64,000 nucleotides of DNA from Alkalispirochaeta sp. (GCA_965242725.1 CBDESZ010000004.1:224001-288000), one strand, 5' to 3'. Positions 1-11,577 are shown, numbered from the stretch's first letter. Notes: a model not told the origin generated them from the letters alone. A program made the numbers and translations.

Positions 1-228
1 TTCTTCCGGAAGAAACCGGAACTGTTCATTGTAGAGTCCCGCAAGTCCTTCCAGCTGTCGGGCAAGGTCCCGGGCGTGGGCCTGGGAAACGTAGGAGATG
101 ACGGAATAGCGATCCGATTGCGCCCGATAGGTTGTGTTCTCCTCCTGGGCGCCGGCCGTCACCGACAGTGATAGTATCAACGCCAGGGTGACCGCTGCCG
201 TCCGGACGGGGTGTGCGATTCCGTTCAT
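1..228 (-). CDS. Secreted hypothetical protein (N-terminal part only, runs off the window edge)
   Basis: Not in the ORF track. ATG at 228 overlaps the upstream stop (ATGA), SD GGAGG, open to base 1. Translation MNGIAHPVRTAAVTLALILSLSVTAGAQEENT... has a signal-peptide shape. Confidence 0.75.
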   Translation of the reverse strand, partial: MNGIAHPVRTAAVTLALILSLSVTAGAQEENTTYRAQSDRYSVISYVSQAHARDLARQLEGLAGLYNEQFRFLPEE

Positions 229-1154
229 TTCTTGCCTCCATCTTTCCGTTTGCCTTTACTCGGATTGTTCCCCTTACTCTGGGCATTGTATGTCGGCTCA
301 GTCACATTATCAATTATGATGTTCAACTCATCGATAATGATCCCGGAAAACCGTTCCACATGCTCCAGGATGTATTGCTGGAGACTGTAAATGCTGCCTT
401 TCAGTTCCAGCCTGTAGGGCACCTGCAAGTGAACGTCAATGCGGTACCCGCCCTGATCGTACTTGATATTGACCTTGCTTATGGATATGCCCGGCGAAAA
501 TTCAGCGACACAATGCATGATCATCTGGGTTAACGCCGCCTCACTCATCGTAATGGACCCTTTGTCGCTGAAACTGGGTCGGACGACCGTTTTCTCGTAG
601 GCCTTGTCTTTGAAGATAAGGCCCATCCCCCGCCGCCAGATCACCTTTATGGAGTCACCCATGATCTTGGGGTAGTTTCTGTGGACCTCTATGGAAGGCA
701 CGGGAATGACGTGGCGCCCCTGGGTTTTGCGGTGGTTGATTGCCGTCTCGATCTCTCCGGCGGTGGCGATTTCTTCGATACGGATAATCCGCTTCGGTTC
801 AGGCAGTTTCAGCGTCTGGGCGATCTTTCGAACCATCCGGTCCGAAGTGCCGAGAATGAGTATGCGCTTGAATTTTGACCGTTCTATGGCGTGCCGCACC
901 TGCCGCCGGTGATCCCGTTCCGTGAAGAGCGCGGTGCGTACCGCCGCCATGTATGCCGATTCCTTCTTTGCCGATTTTCCGGCGATTATTTTCTGGTCCT
1001 CTATGAGCAGACCGTCGTCTATGAGAAGGGTGATGCCGTATTTCTCCATCACCAGGCGCGCCCGGAAACTCTTACCCGTTCCGCTCTTTCCGACCAGGGC
1101 AAATACCTGTACCCCCCGAAAACGCCATATCATGTGTGAGAAGAGTTTTCTCAT
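225..1154 (-). CDS. P-loop NTPase/kinase-like domain fused to an Asp23/Gls24-like C-terminal domain
   Basis: Walker A VFALVGKSGTGKS. C-terminal GSITMSEAALTQM...VERFSGIIIDELNIII resembles Asp23. Start at 1154 is coupled (ATGA) to the rluA stop. Confidence 0.7.
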   Translation of the reverse strand: MRKLFSHMIWRFRGVQVFALVGKSGTGKSFRARLVMEKYGITLLIDDGLLIEDQKIIAGKSAKKESAYMAAVRTALFTERDHRRQVRHAIERSKFKRILILGTSDRMVRKIAQTLKLPEPKRIIRIEEIATAGEIETAINHRKTQGRHVIPVPSIEVHRNYPKIMGDSIKVIWRRGMGLIFKDKAYEKTVVRPSFSDKGSITMSEAALTQMIMHCVAEFSPGISISKVNIKYDQGGYRIDVHLQVPYRLELKGSIYSLQQYILEHVERFSGIIIDELNIIIDNVTEPTYNAQSKGNNPSKGKRKDGGKK

Positions 1155-2227
1155 ATCTTTATTGTATCTCCCCGGGGACAATGGGTACAGGCGGAGGAGG
1201 CAACCTCGTTGAGTCGTCGCTCCACGGCGGAAAGGTCCCCGAAATGGCGGCGCAGCAACCCATAGGTGGCCGACGCAAGGGGCGCATTCCACATAAGCGC
1301 CGGCTTTGCCGTCGCGAATACGGTGGCGTGAAGGATATAGCGCGGATCTCCCCGAGTTATGTCGTGCTGGTCGTCAAAAATTTCCCACGGCGCACCACCA
1401 TATTTCTCGTCACCAAGAAGGGGTATACCCAGCGACGCCGCGTGGCAGCGGATCTGATGTGTCCGGCCCGTCTCGGGAATGGCCGCAACGAGGCCCGCCT
1501 TTCCGTTTGCCGTGTAGGCAAGTGGAAAAAACCTCGTCATGGCGGAGGTGAATCGCAATCGCCTGAGTGCGGGGTCCTTTCCCGGCGCATCGGTCGGTGC
1601 GGGTACGGCGGTACGGGTTTCCCTGTTGTACGCGATGCGTACATTGCAGTCCGTTCTCCGGGTGAGGAAGCCGGTGACCAGGGCGATATAGATTTTGGAG
1701 ACTGAACGCGTCCTGAGCTGCTCCGTCAGGGTCCGTGCGCCCTCGGTGGTGAGGGAAAAGAGCTGGACACCGCTTGTATTGCGGTCGAGGCGGTGAACCG
1801 GTCCGGGACGGAAGCTCAGGCTCTCCGACCACCAGCCGTTTTCGGCGGCAACGACACGCACCATCTCATCAAGGGCACCCGCACCGTGTGTGGAGAGACC
1901 CGCCGGCTTGTTGAGGGCGATCCAGTCATCACCGCGGCTCACAATGGGTATTGACCACTGGCCTGTGACGATATTTGTGCCCGCGAGACGCGGCGGATCT
2001 TTCGGCGTTTCCATGCGCTCCTGTCCGGTATTGTTCCAGTCGGGGTAGCCCATGACATCACCTGTTGAGACTCTCGTGTCATTCCGGACGCGTTTTCCGT
2101 TTATCCGTACATCGCCCCGCCGGACAGCCCCGGCGATTGCACCGGGCGGTACGTTGGGGAAGGCCTTCCGCAGCACGCGGTCAAGTCGTCTCCCGTCGTC
2201 GTCGGGACGTATCGTTTCTTCTTTCAT
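1151..2227 (-). CDS. RluA/RluC/RluD-family RNA pseudouridine synthase with S4-like N-terminus
   Basis: RLDRVL S4-like start, NKPAGL, HRLDRNTSG (catalytic Asp), TGRTHQIR, GDEKYG, LHA. Confidence 0.92.
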   Translation of the reverse strand: MKEETIRPDDDGRRLDRVLRKAFPNVPPGAIAGAVRRGDVRINGKRVRNDTRVSTGDVMGYPDWNNTGQERMETPKDPPRLAGTNIVTGQWSIPIVSRGDDWIALNKPAGLSTHGAGALDEMVRVVAAENGWWSESLSFRPGPVHRLDRNTSGVQLFSLTTEGARTLTEQLRTRSVSKIYIALVTGFLTRRTDCNVRIAYNRETRTAVPAPTDAPGKDPALRRLRFTSAMTRFFPLAYTANGKAGLVAAIPETGRTHQIRCHAASLGIPLLGDEKYGGAPWEIFDDQHDITRGDPRYILHATVFATAKPALMWNAPLASATYGLLRRHFGDLSAVERRLNEVASSACTHCPRGDTIKI

Positions 2228-2235
2228 CGACGGCA

Positions 2236-2264
2236 ATTGTAGTGGGATGACCTTATCTTGACAA
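2236..2264 (-). promoter_or_regulatory. sigma70-type promoter of rluA (leaderless geometry)
   Basis: TTGTCA-17-TACAAT, 8 nt before ATG 2227, no SD. Confidence 0.6.
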
Positions 2265-2311
2265 AGGGTCGCGGCAGCGAGGAAACTGCATTGGTGAACA
2301 ACCACGTGGCG

Positions 2312-2773
2312 ATGTATGCATTTCAAATGCTCTCCAGTAGAATGTTCCTCGCAGGTTTTTTCAGCTGGTTCATCGCCCAGTTTATCAAAATGGTGGTCGA
2401 TCATCTCCGCGGACGGACTCATGGATCACGGGATATGCTGGCGACGTTGTTGTGGCGGACCGGTGGAATGCCTTCCAGCCATTCATCAATGGTGACTGGA
2501 CTGGCGACGGCGATCGGTGTGCTTCACGGTGTACGCTCGGCAGTTTTTGTGGTCTCCCTTTTTTATGGCGGACTTATCATACGCGATGCCATGGGTGTGC
2601 GACGCTCTTCGGGAATACAGGCACGGGAACTGAACCGGATTGGCCTGCAATTGGCCAAGCGCTTTGATTTCGATTTTAAACCGGTGAAAGAAGTAAGTGG
2701 TCATACACCGAGTGAGGTGTTTGTGGGCGTCCTGCTCGGCTTTTTTACCGGGTTGGCCTTTAGTCTACTCTGA
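2312..2773 (+). CDS. Divergent PAP2 family (DUF212-type) membrane phosphatase-like protein
   Basis: TGGMPSSHSS, DAMGVRR and GHTPSEV motifs. Start codon uncertain (2312 or 2327). Confidence 0.88.
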   Translation: MYAFQMLSSRMFLAGFFSWFIAQFIKMVVDHLRGRTHGSRDMLATLLWRTGGMPSSHSSMVTGLATAIGVLHGVRSAVFVVSLFYGGLIIRDAMGVRRSSGIQARELNRIGLQLAKRFDFDFKPVKEVSGHTPSEVFVGVLLGFFTGLAFSLL

Positions 2774-2787
2774 TCGCGTGGAGATAC

Positions 2788-4356
2788 ATGCGTCGATTTG
2801 GAGTGCTGCCGGTTGGACTTTTGATCCTTTGTACCGTCGCCGCGATTGCGGCAGTTGTCGTGCGGGGTGATCTGTTCTCCGGTGATTCACGATGGAAATC
2901 CTTCCATCTCCTCCTTGTCTCAACGGACTACGATATCGAAGAAATCCATGCAGCTCTGTCGCGGGCGGGACTGCAGCCCCTTGATATGGCCAATGCAACG
3001 GTACGGGTTGAAGACTTTAACGGCCAGGAAACGATACCGGTAGCCCAGCTTGGAGAGCGTTTTGACGACGCCGACCCCAGGGTCGATCCGTTTGTCCAGC
3101 GTGTACATGAGCTTTTCATCACCCGGCACGGAAATGGAGCCCATCATCTCATATACCTCCCGCGCACCGTCGCATCTACCGCCCCGTCCCGGGCGATACA
3201 AGCCGCCCTCGGACCGATACCGTTTATTTTGAATGACCGCAGCGGGGAAGCCTCTCTGCTGTTGAGCGGTATCGGAATTGCGGTGATGCTCGGGGTCCTC
3301 TTCTTTTCCCGGCAGCGCCTCTTCCCCGGTCTACTGATCATCGCCGTCGCCGCGATATATATGGTATTGCACGGAACCCCTGTGCTTTCCCGGAGCATCC
3401 TCACGGCGCTGGCGGCGATATACCTCGTACGGCACAGCGAAACGGTGGAGCGGGAATGGTTCCTGTACGACCGGACCGAACGGTTTCATTCCGACTATTA
3501 TCAGGCTCTGCGCCTCTTTTTTATTGCCGCCTCCCTGTCGGTTCTTTCGGTAGTCGTGGAGTCCGGGGAAGAGCGGTTTCAGTCGCTGATTTCCTACACT
3601 CTGTACGCCCTCGCACAAGTCGGCATGTACGGTATATCCGTAACCGTACGGGGATATCTCCTGAGGCAACGGGAACACCGCCTCTTTGCACCTCGTCCTA
3701 TCCTCGGGGAGATGTGGCGGCACCGACAGAAACTTCCGGAGCTCTTCCCGGGGCTGGTTGTTGTTGTTCCGCTCCTTATCGTCCTTGTCGCGGTTTTTCA
3801 CCTCTTCGGCGACCGTTTCACCACACAGGGTGACCTCTTCGTTCCTCTTCCCGATCACCACATTACGGAACTGCAATTCTCCGGTTCCCCCGGAGAGGCG
3901 GAACAGCTGCTTGCCGTACTGACACAGGGAGAAGCGGAACAGAAACCGTTGTCGACGGCGGGCTTTGTTGCACACAGGCGGTATCAACGCTCCCTGCTGT
4001 ACGGAGGAGCCTACGAGGTTCCCTCGGCGGGCGAGGCAGTGGGGCTGACCCGTTTCCGTCGCGCCGGGGACCGGATAGAGACGTGGGAGGAAGAGGTGCT
4101 GCGCTTTGACGGAGAGTGGGTGCTCAACGAGTTTGACGTCCCCGACGACTCGGCATATTCCCTCTTTGTACGGGAAGGCGGGGCGTTTTTCGTCCGATGG
4201 GAATCGCTGGGAAGCGTCCTTCTGACGCGGCAGTCGATGATCGCCCAGATATTGCTGCTTTTTGCCTTCCTCATACCACTATTCACTCCGTTTGGCTTGC
4301 CCTACCGCACTGGGCTTGGTACCGTTGCAGTCGCATCAAGGAGCGCGCGCCGTTGA
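2788..4356 (+). CDS. Multi-pass membrane hypothetical protein in the rnf-like operon
   Basis: 522 aa, SD GGAG, N-terminal TM, soluble region, several TMs, second soluble region, C-terminal TM. Stop overlaps the rnfC TTG start. Confidence 0.75.
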   Translation: MRRFGVLPVGLLILCTVAAIAAVVVRGDLFSGDSRWKSFHLLLVSTDYDIEEIHAALSRAGLQPLDMANATVRVEDFNGQETIPVAQLGERFDDADPRVDPFVQRVHELFITRHGNGAHHLIYLPRTVASTAPSRAIQAALGPIPFILNDRSGEASLLLSGIGIAVMLGVLFFSRQRLFPGLLIIAVAAIYMVLHGTPVLSRSILTALAAIYLVRHSETVEREWFLYDRTERFHSDYYQALRLFFIAASLSVLSVVVESGEERFQSLISYTLYALAQVGMYGISVTVRGYLLRQREHRLFAPRPILGEMWRHRQKLPELFPGLVVVVPLLIVLVAVFHLFGDRFTTQGDLFVPLPDHHITELQFSGSPGEAEQLLAVLTQGEAEQKPLSTAGFVAHRRYQRSLLYGGAYEVPSAGEAVGLTRFRRAGDRIETWEEEVLRFDGEWVLNEFDVPDDSAYSLFVREGGAFFVRWESLGSVLLTRQSMIAQILLLFAFLIPLFTPFGLPYRTGLGTVAVASRSARR

Positions 4357-5693
4357 GTATATTGGTTCAGAAACGTCTGGGTATCCGCCCTGTACAGGAA
4401 TATTCACCTCTCGAAAACGGATTCTGGAACGCCGCAGTCCCGTCCCGCTGCATATTACCGTTGCAGCAGCATGCGGGGGGACTATTGAAACCCCTTGTAA
4501 AAACGGGAGACATCGTTCGGGAAGGGATGGTAGTGGCCGAAGGGGAAGGGCGGTTGACCGTCCCTCTCCATGCGCCGATTCCGGGACGGGTGGTAGATAC
4601 CGGCAATGTCCGCCTTTTTGACGGCACCACATGTACGGGACTGGCGATCGAGCTGGATGGTGAATTTGACCGTCTCGGCAAGCAGCTGGAGCCGCGTCCA
4701 TGGGAGAGTATCGAACGGGAGGAACTCCTGCAGCTTATTCGCGCCGCGGGAGTCGTATGTGGTCCACGGTCCGCCGTGCCTGCTCACGTATACCTCGGCG
4801 GCAAAAGACAGCTGGATGCCCCGGTCGTCGTCCTTGACCTGGCGGAAAACGAACCGTATATGACCGCCGGACTCGAACTCGCCGCAGGCGCGCTCAGTGA
4901 GGTCTTTACAGGGCTGCAGATCGCAGCCCGCGCGGCTGCATCGGAGGACGTTCATGTTGTCATGAGCCCCCGCGCCAGGCGAAGGCTGGCCGGCGTCAGA
5001 AAAATGGCGCGGCAATTCGGATTCAACAGGCATCTCGTGTCACACCACTACCCCGCGATCACCGAGGCCACCGTCCCGGCCGCCGTCTCACGGCGCAAAC
5101 GAAGGGAGCTGTCGGACTTTCTCGTCATTTCGCCCGATACGGCGTATGCAATACATGACGCCGTTGTGTACGGGAAGCCACAGATTGACGGCGTGGTCGC
5201 CGTCGGGGGAAGTGCGGTAGCGCGGCCTGCACATGTCCGCGTCCGGTTCGGGACTTCCATCGGGGATGTCCTGGCGGAATGTGGAGGGCTTACCGATGAT
5301 CCGGAGCGTATCATCGTCGGTGGTCCCTTCACCGGTCAGCGCATTCTCAACGTCAACGCCCCCGTCACGAAGAACATCGCGGCGGTGGTGGCGATGAATG
5401 CCGACGAGGTCCGGGACGGTCGTACCGAGCCATGTGTCGGATGCGGCGCCTGCACGAGAGCATGCCCGGTACATCTGGATCCGAGGTTTCTCCATCGCCT
5501 CATCGCCGGAGGGCGTCTTGAGGACGCCCGCGCGGCGGGACTCGATACGTGTATAGAGTGTGGACTGTGTTCTACAGTCTGTCCCTCCAGAATCCCCCTG
5601 ACCGCTGAGTTTCGTCGGAGAAAATCTTCTCATCCCCTGCGCAATCGGGACGACAAGACGTCACAGGGCGACGGAAGGGAGGAGTCGGCGTGA
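4353..5693 (+). CDS. rnfC: RnfC/RsxC-like subunit (divergent)
   Basis: PLQQHAGG...VKTGDIVREG...HAPIPGRV N-domain, SLBB region (GTSIGDVLAECGG, IVGGPFTG), two [4Fe-4S] motifs CVGCGACTRACP and CIECGLCSTVCP. TTG start overlaps the upstream TGA. Confidence 0.85.
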   Translation: MSILVQKRLGIRPVQEYSPLENGFWNAAVPSRCILPLQQHAGGLLKPLVKTGDIVREGMVVAEGEGRLTVPLHAPIPGRVVDTGNVRLFDGTTCTGLAIELDGEFDRLGKQLEPRPWESIEREELLQLIRAAGVVCGPRSAVPAHVYLGGKRQLDAPVVVLDLAENEPYMTAGLELAAGALSEVFTGLQIAARAAASEDVHVVMSPRARRRLAGVRKMARQFGFNRHLVSHHYPAITEATVPAAVSRRKRRELSDFLVISPDTAYAIHDAVVYGKPQIDGVVAVGGSAVARPAHVRVRFGTSIGDVLAECGGLTDDPERIIVGGPFTGQRILNVNAPVTKNIAAVVAMNADEVRDGRTEPCVGCGACTRACPVHLDPRFLHRLIAGGRLEDARAAGLDTCIECGLCSTVCPSRIPLTAEFRRRKSSHPLRNRDDKTSQGDGREESA

Positions 5694-6631
5694 ACGGTAT
5701 TCTCTCGTTTCCCCATACCTTTCAGTCGATTACCGTACGCGGGCTCTACGGCAGATTGGTGCTTGCCATGACACCCCTCGTCGTCGTATCCGTACAACGC
5801 GACGGAATGACGGCTCTGATGGTCTTTGTCATTGCCATCGCGTCGGGTGCGGTGGCGGAGTTTCTCCTCGATATGGTACGAAATGTCGATTCCGGCCATT
5901 CAATGTCGCGAAACGGACGAGTTCTGTCGTTTATGGTCTTGCTGGCGCTCCTTCTTCCCGCGCAGACGCCCCCGTTGGTGATCGTCATCGCCGCGACGGC
6001 GACCGTCGTCGTGGGGATCCATTTGATGGGCGGTGCGGGGGTCTACTATATTCACCCCGTCGTCGTCGGCATGCTCGTCGCCGCGATGGCGGGTATCTCG
6101 ACGGCTCCCGACCCCGGCATTCCGTCGGTTGCAGCCGGGGCGTCGGTGATCGCCGAGGCGCGATGGTATCAGCTGATTTCCGAGTATCTCTTCATCCCGC
6201 TGGGAATGCGCGTCCCCCCGGAGTCGTTGATGCTCCTTTTTGCCACCAATGATGTCGGAATGGTCAGTATCGGTGCGGGCCTGTTGATTCCCCTTCTCAT
6301 CGGCGGGATCGTCGTATTCGGCGAAGACCTCGTGCCCCCCGCGATGGTGTGGGCATTTCTCGGCGCTGCGGTGGCGGTTCTCTATGTTGCGGGCGAAGAA
6401 ATACTTCTCCTCTCGGTACAGACCAACCTCCTCCTCGTCACGGTTTTTCTCTTTGCCGAGCCGTCGGTACGGCCGACTTCGGGACCGGGTATGGTTGTGT
6501 TCGGCGTATTGAGCGGTGGTCTGGCGGCGTTCTTCCTCGTTGCGGGGTCGACGTCGGTTCCGGTGATCGCCGCCGTCGCCTTTGGTGCAACCCTGTTGCC
6601 CCTCATTGACTACCTGGAGGCGCACCGGTGA
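5690..6631 (+). CDS. rnfD: RnfD/NqrB-like membrane subunit (divergent)
   Basis: Highly hydrophobic. LALLLP, MGGAGVYYIHPVVVG (cf. GG.G.N.FNPA..G), EPSVRP (cf. DP.T.P), PLID. Follows rnfC with GTGA coupling. Confidence 0.75.
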   Translation: MNGILSFPHTFQSITVRGLYGRLVLAMTPLVVVSVQRDGMTALMVFVIAIASGAVAEFLLDMVRNVDSGHSMSRNGRVLSFMVLLALLLPAQTPPLVIVIAATATVVVGIHLMGGAGVYYIHPVVVGMLVAAMAGISTAPDPGIPSVAAGASVIAEARWYQLISEYLFIPLGMRVPPESLMLLFATNDVGMVSIGAGLLIPLLIGGIVVFGEDLVPPAMVWAFLGAAVAVLYVAGEEILLLSVQTNLLLVTVFLFAEPSVRPTSGPGMVVFGVLSGGLAAFFLVAGSTSVPVIAAVAFGATLLPLIDYLEAHR

Positions 6632-6807
6632 GGCGCACCTCGATAGTCCGTAACGTCCGGGTCATCCGGGCTCTGAAGATTCTCGCAGTTCTGGGCGCCT
6701 CGGTGGGATTTCTGCTTCTCGTCGATGTCGTCACCGGGATGGCCGGAATAGGCGAAACCCATTCAATGCGGCACGAATCGGAAGTACAACGTCCGGAGTC
6801 CATATGA
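6628..6807 (+). CDS. 59-aa single-TM protein in the rnfG position (not in ORF track)
   Basis: GTG overlaps the rnfD stop and TGA overlaps the rnfE ATG. MRRTSIVRNVRVIRALKILAVLGASVGFLLLVDVVTGMAGIGETHSMRHESEVQRPESI exactly fills the gap. Confidence 0.7.
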   Translation: MRRTSIVRNVRVIRALKILAVLGASVGFLLLVDVVTGMAGIGETHSMRHESEVQRPESI

Positions 6808-7409
6808 GAATTATTGTTCATCACCTCTTTCAGAAGAATCCTGTATGGGTCGCTCCTATGGTGTTGCCTGTTCTTCTCTTTGGAAGCGGCTCCATGGAAC
6901 GGGCCCTTCTTTTTATCATCCTCATCGGTCTCGGCCTTCCCACGGTGCATGTGATCTCTTTTTTCATCGAAGCCCATCTTCCAAGGTCATTCCGCCTTTT
7001 TTCGGTTCTCGTCGTGGCGGCGTCGATCTTTACCGTTCTCGAAATACTGTTTGTACCGGCCGGAGGGGACGATCCCGGTGCGATCAGTCGTCTCACCCTC
7101 CTTGTGCGCGGGTTGAGCGTCTCCGGAATCGTGATTCTGCCGACCGTCCGGGCGCCCCGGGGAGAACGATTCTCCGAGCGGATTCAGCATGTTCTTGGCC
7201 TCACCCTCGGGTTTATTCTCGGCTTTGTCGTCTTTGTCGCCCTTCGACTGGGCCTGCAGCAATTGGCGGGACGGGAGATTCAACCGGTGGTAGCCGGCTT
7301 TTTTCTGCTCGCTGCCGGGCGCATCGGCTATAACCTTTTTCCGGTGTACCGGAACGGTACGGCGGGAGATTCACCTTCAGACGACACCGGTGAAGAGGGG
7401 GTATCGTGA
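6804..7409 (+). CDS. rnfE: RnfE/NqrD-like membrane subunit (divergent, Cys-free)
   Basis: About 200 aa, hydrophobic, KNPV start, LPRSFRL (cf. P..vRIP), AGFF near the C-terminus, position in operon. Confidence 0.65.
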   Translation: MRIIVHHLFQKNPVWVAPMVLPVLLFGSGSMERALLFIILIGLGLPTVHVISFFIEAHLPRSFRLFSVLVVAASIFTVLEILFVPAGGDDPGAISRLTLLVRGLSVSGIVILPTVRAPRGERFSERIQHVLGLTLGFILGFVVFVALRLGLQQLAGREIQPVVAGFFLLAAGRIGYNLFPVYRNGTAGDSPSDDTGEEGVS

Positions 7410-8002
7410 CTTTTGTTGGCATTATCCTGACCGCATCGCTGGCGCAGAACGTCATACTCGTTCACTTTCTCGGAATATGGCCGTTTCACTCGGCGGTGCG
7501 CTCCCCCGGCCGGAGCACCGCAGTCTCCCTGATGGTGACCGCCGCGCTCCTGTGGGTATCGGTGGTGTACTGGCTTGTCAGCCGGTGGGTCATTGCACCT
7601 CTGAACGCCTATGTCCTGGAAACCCTTATCCTCGTCGTCATCATCACAGGTACGCTCGCCCTGTGCGTCCGCGTCGGAGGATGGCTTGCGCCATATCGGC
7701 GGCGTGACGTTATCGAATTGACCAGGATCGGCGTCGTCAACATGACCGTATTTGTCGTTGCCATGGGACTGGGACACAACGTTGAAACGCTGCCGGAGGT
7801 TGTCATTGGTGCGCTGGCCGCCGGTCTCGGCGTCTTTATCGCACTCGTACCGATCTCTGCGGTGAGAGTCCGTTTTTCAGGGGCACACGTACCAAAGGCG
7901 CTGCGCGGCGACGTCTCGGTCTACCTCGCGACCGCCTTTATGGCGCTGGCTATACAGCAAGTCGACCGGTTGCTTCAGCCCTTTGTGATGCCGCTGTTTT
8001 AA
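7406..8002 (+). CDS. rnfA: RnfA/NqrE-like membrane subunit (divergent)
   Basis: [14 protein letters not shown] (cf. NNFVL..FLG.CPF) and VPKALRG...LATAFMALA (cf. VP..F.G.PI.L.T.G.M.LAF). Confidence 0.8.
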   Translation: MTFVGIILTASLAQNVILVHFLGIWPFHSAVRSPGRSTAVSLMVTAALLWVSVVYWLVSRWVIAPLNAYVLETLILVVIITGTLALCVRVGGWLAPYRRRDVIELTRIGVVNMTVFVVAMGLGHNVETLPEVVIGALAAGLGVFIALVPISAVRVRFSGAHVPKALRGDVSVYLATAFMALAIQQVDRLLQPFVMPLF

Positions 8003-9575
8003 ACTCCGAGGTCTCGTGGAAGGTGACACGGGGATGATCCTTTATATTTGACTGAAGAACCCATTGGGATTCAGCGAGATATACCGGCTTCCCGTCCTTG
8101 TCCCAGACGATGTTTCTGTCCCGAAAACGCATGAATTTTGACAGCGCTTCCGAATCATCCGATGTGATCCACCGAGCCACGGTGAAGGGAAGGGGCTGAC
8201 TCCGTGCTGCCGCTCCGTATTCATGTTCCAGCCGATAAGTAATCACGTCGAACTGCAGTTCACCTACCGTCCCCACGATGAGCCGGTTGCCGTTTCGAAT
8301 GGTGAACAGCTGCGCGACGCCCTCTTCAGTGAGCTGTGTCAGTCCCTTGTGAAACTGTTTGGACCTCATCGGATCGAGATTGACCATTTCCCGGAATATT
8401 GCAGGTGAAAAGGCGGGAATTCCCTGGAATTCAAGCTCTTCGCCCTCGGTGAGGGTGTCGCCGATCTTCAGGTCGCCCCTGTCGTAGAGTCCCACCACGT
8501 CGCCGGGATAGGCGTTGTCGATTATCTGTTTTTTTTCAGCCATGAAGCTGTAAGGACTTGTGAAACGCACCTGTTTCCCGTGACGGACGTGAAGAAACTG
8601 TTTGGACCGCTCAAAGGTGCCGGAACAGATCCGCAGGAATGCGATACGGTCCCGGTGGCGGGGATCGAGATTCGCATGAATCTTAAAGACGAAACCGCTG
8701 AAGGTTTCCTCTGCCGGATCGACAACCCGGGAGCTTGTGGGGCGGGAAACGGGAGACGGGGCGATGGAGATAAATGTTTCAAGGAGCTCCCTGACCCCGA
8801 AGTTATTCAGAGCGCTGCCGAAAAATACCGGCGCCTGCGTTCCGGATCGATAGGCGTCGGGTGAAAAGGAATCGTATACGCCTTCAACGAGTTCTACGTC
8901 GTCCCGCAGGCGGTGCGCGTCCGTTCCAAGCTCCCGCTCCAGACGGGGATCGTTGATTCCGTTGATGAGGAGCCGCTCCTCCTCCACAGTCGTCTTACCC
9001 GGTTTAAAGAGGTAGAGATTCTGCTCGTGGAGGTTGTAGACGCCCTTGAAGAGGGACCCCATATTGATCGGCCACGTCAACGGTCGGACCCGTATATCCA
9101 GTTTTTCTTCAAGTTCATCTAGCAGTTCCAGGGGTGGGCGACCTTCCCGGTCAAGTTTATTGATAAAAACAATGACCGGCGTATTTCGCATACGGCAGAC
9201 GTTCATCAGGTTTTCAGTCTGTTCCTCCACACCCTTCACGCTGTCGATGACGAGGATGACGCTGTCGACGGCAGTCAGCGTTCGGTACGTATCTTCCGCA
9301 AAATCCTTATGTCCCGGTGTATCGAGGATGTTGATGAGTTTTCCGTCATACTCGAAGGACATGACCGCGGTGGCGACTGATATTCCCCGCTGTTTTTCTA
9401 TTTCCATGAAATCCGAGGCAGCGGTCTTGGTGATCTTATTCGACTTCACCGCACCGGCGGTACGGATACCGCCTCCAAAGAGAAGGAGTTTCTCGGTGAG
9501 CGTCGTCTTTCCTGCGTCGGGATGGCTGATGACTGCAAAGGTCCGCCGGCGCTGGATCTGGGTCTGTAAATTCAT
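7950..9575 (-). CDS. prfC: Peptide chain release factor 3
   Basis: [42 protein letters not shown]. The 3' end overlaps convergent rnfA by 53 nt. Confidence 0.97.
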   Translation of the reverse strand: MNLQTQIQRRRTFAVISHPDAGKTTLTEKLLLFGGGIRTAGAVKSNKITKTAASDFMEIEKQRGISVATAVMSFEYDGKLINILDTPGHKDFAEDTYRTLTAVDSVILVIDSVKGVEEQTENLMNVCRMRNTPVIVFINKLDREGRPPLELLDELEEKLDIRVRPLTWPINMGSLFKGVYNLHEQNLYLFKPGKTTVEEERLLINGINDPRLERELGTDAHRLRDDVELVEGVYDSFSPDAYRSGTQAPVFFGSALNNFGVRELLETFISIAPSPVSRPTSSRVVDPAEETFSGFVFKIHANLDPRHRDRIAFLRICSGTFERSKQFLHVRHGKQVRFTSPYSFMAEKKQIIDNAYPGDVVGLYDRGDLKIGDTLTEGEELEFQGIPAFSPAIFREMVNLDPMRSKQFHKGLTQLTEEGVAQLFTIRNGNRLIVGTVGELQFDVITYRLEHEYGAAARSQPLPFTVARWITSDDSEALSKFMRFRDRNIVWDKDGKPVYLAESQWVLQSNIKDHPRVTFHETSEFKTAASQRAEATGRLAV

Positions 9576-9583
9576 AGGCGCCC

Positions 9584-9612
9584 ATCCTATACAACTATGG
9601 GGTGGTTCACAA
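9584..9612 (-). promoter_or_regulatory. sigma70-type promoter of prfC (leaderless geometry)
   Basis: TTGTGA-17-TAGGAT, 8 nt before ATG 9575. Confidence 0.5.
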
Positions 9613-9721
9613 CCGGATCTCTTCAATACGGTGCGGGAACGGAAGCGGCTTCGCGATGACTCAATGGGACGGCGTCGATCGGAAATGTATCGTATTTCCC
9701 CGCCGTAACGGGCTTGCGAGA

Positions 9722-11560
<1,839 letters not shown>

Positions 11561-11577
11561 AGTGTCAGGGGAGTGTA

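Noticed and set aside
7950..8002. Convergent 3' overlaps (rnfA/prfC; also 42159-42205 and 44690-44712) as antisense regulation
   Set aside because: Short tail overlaps are common in compact genomes and there is no further evidence.
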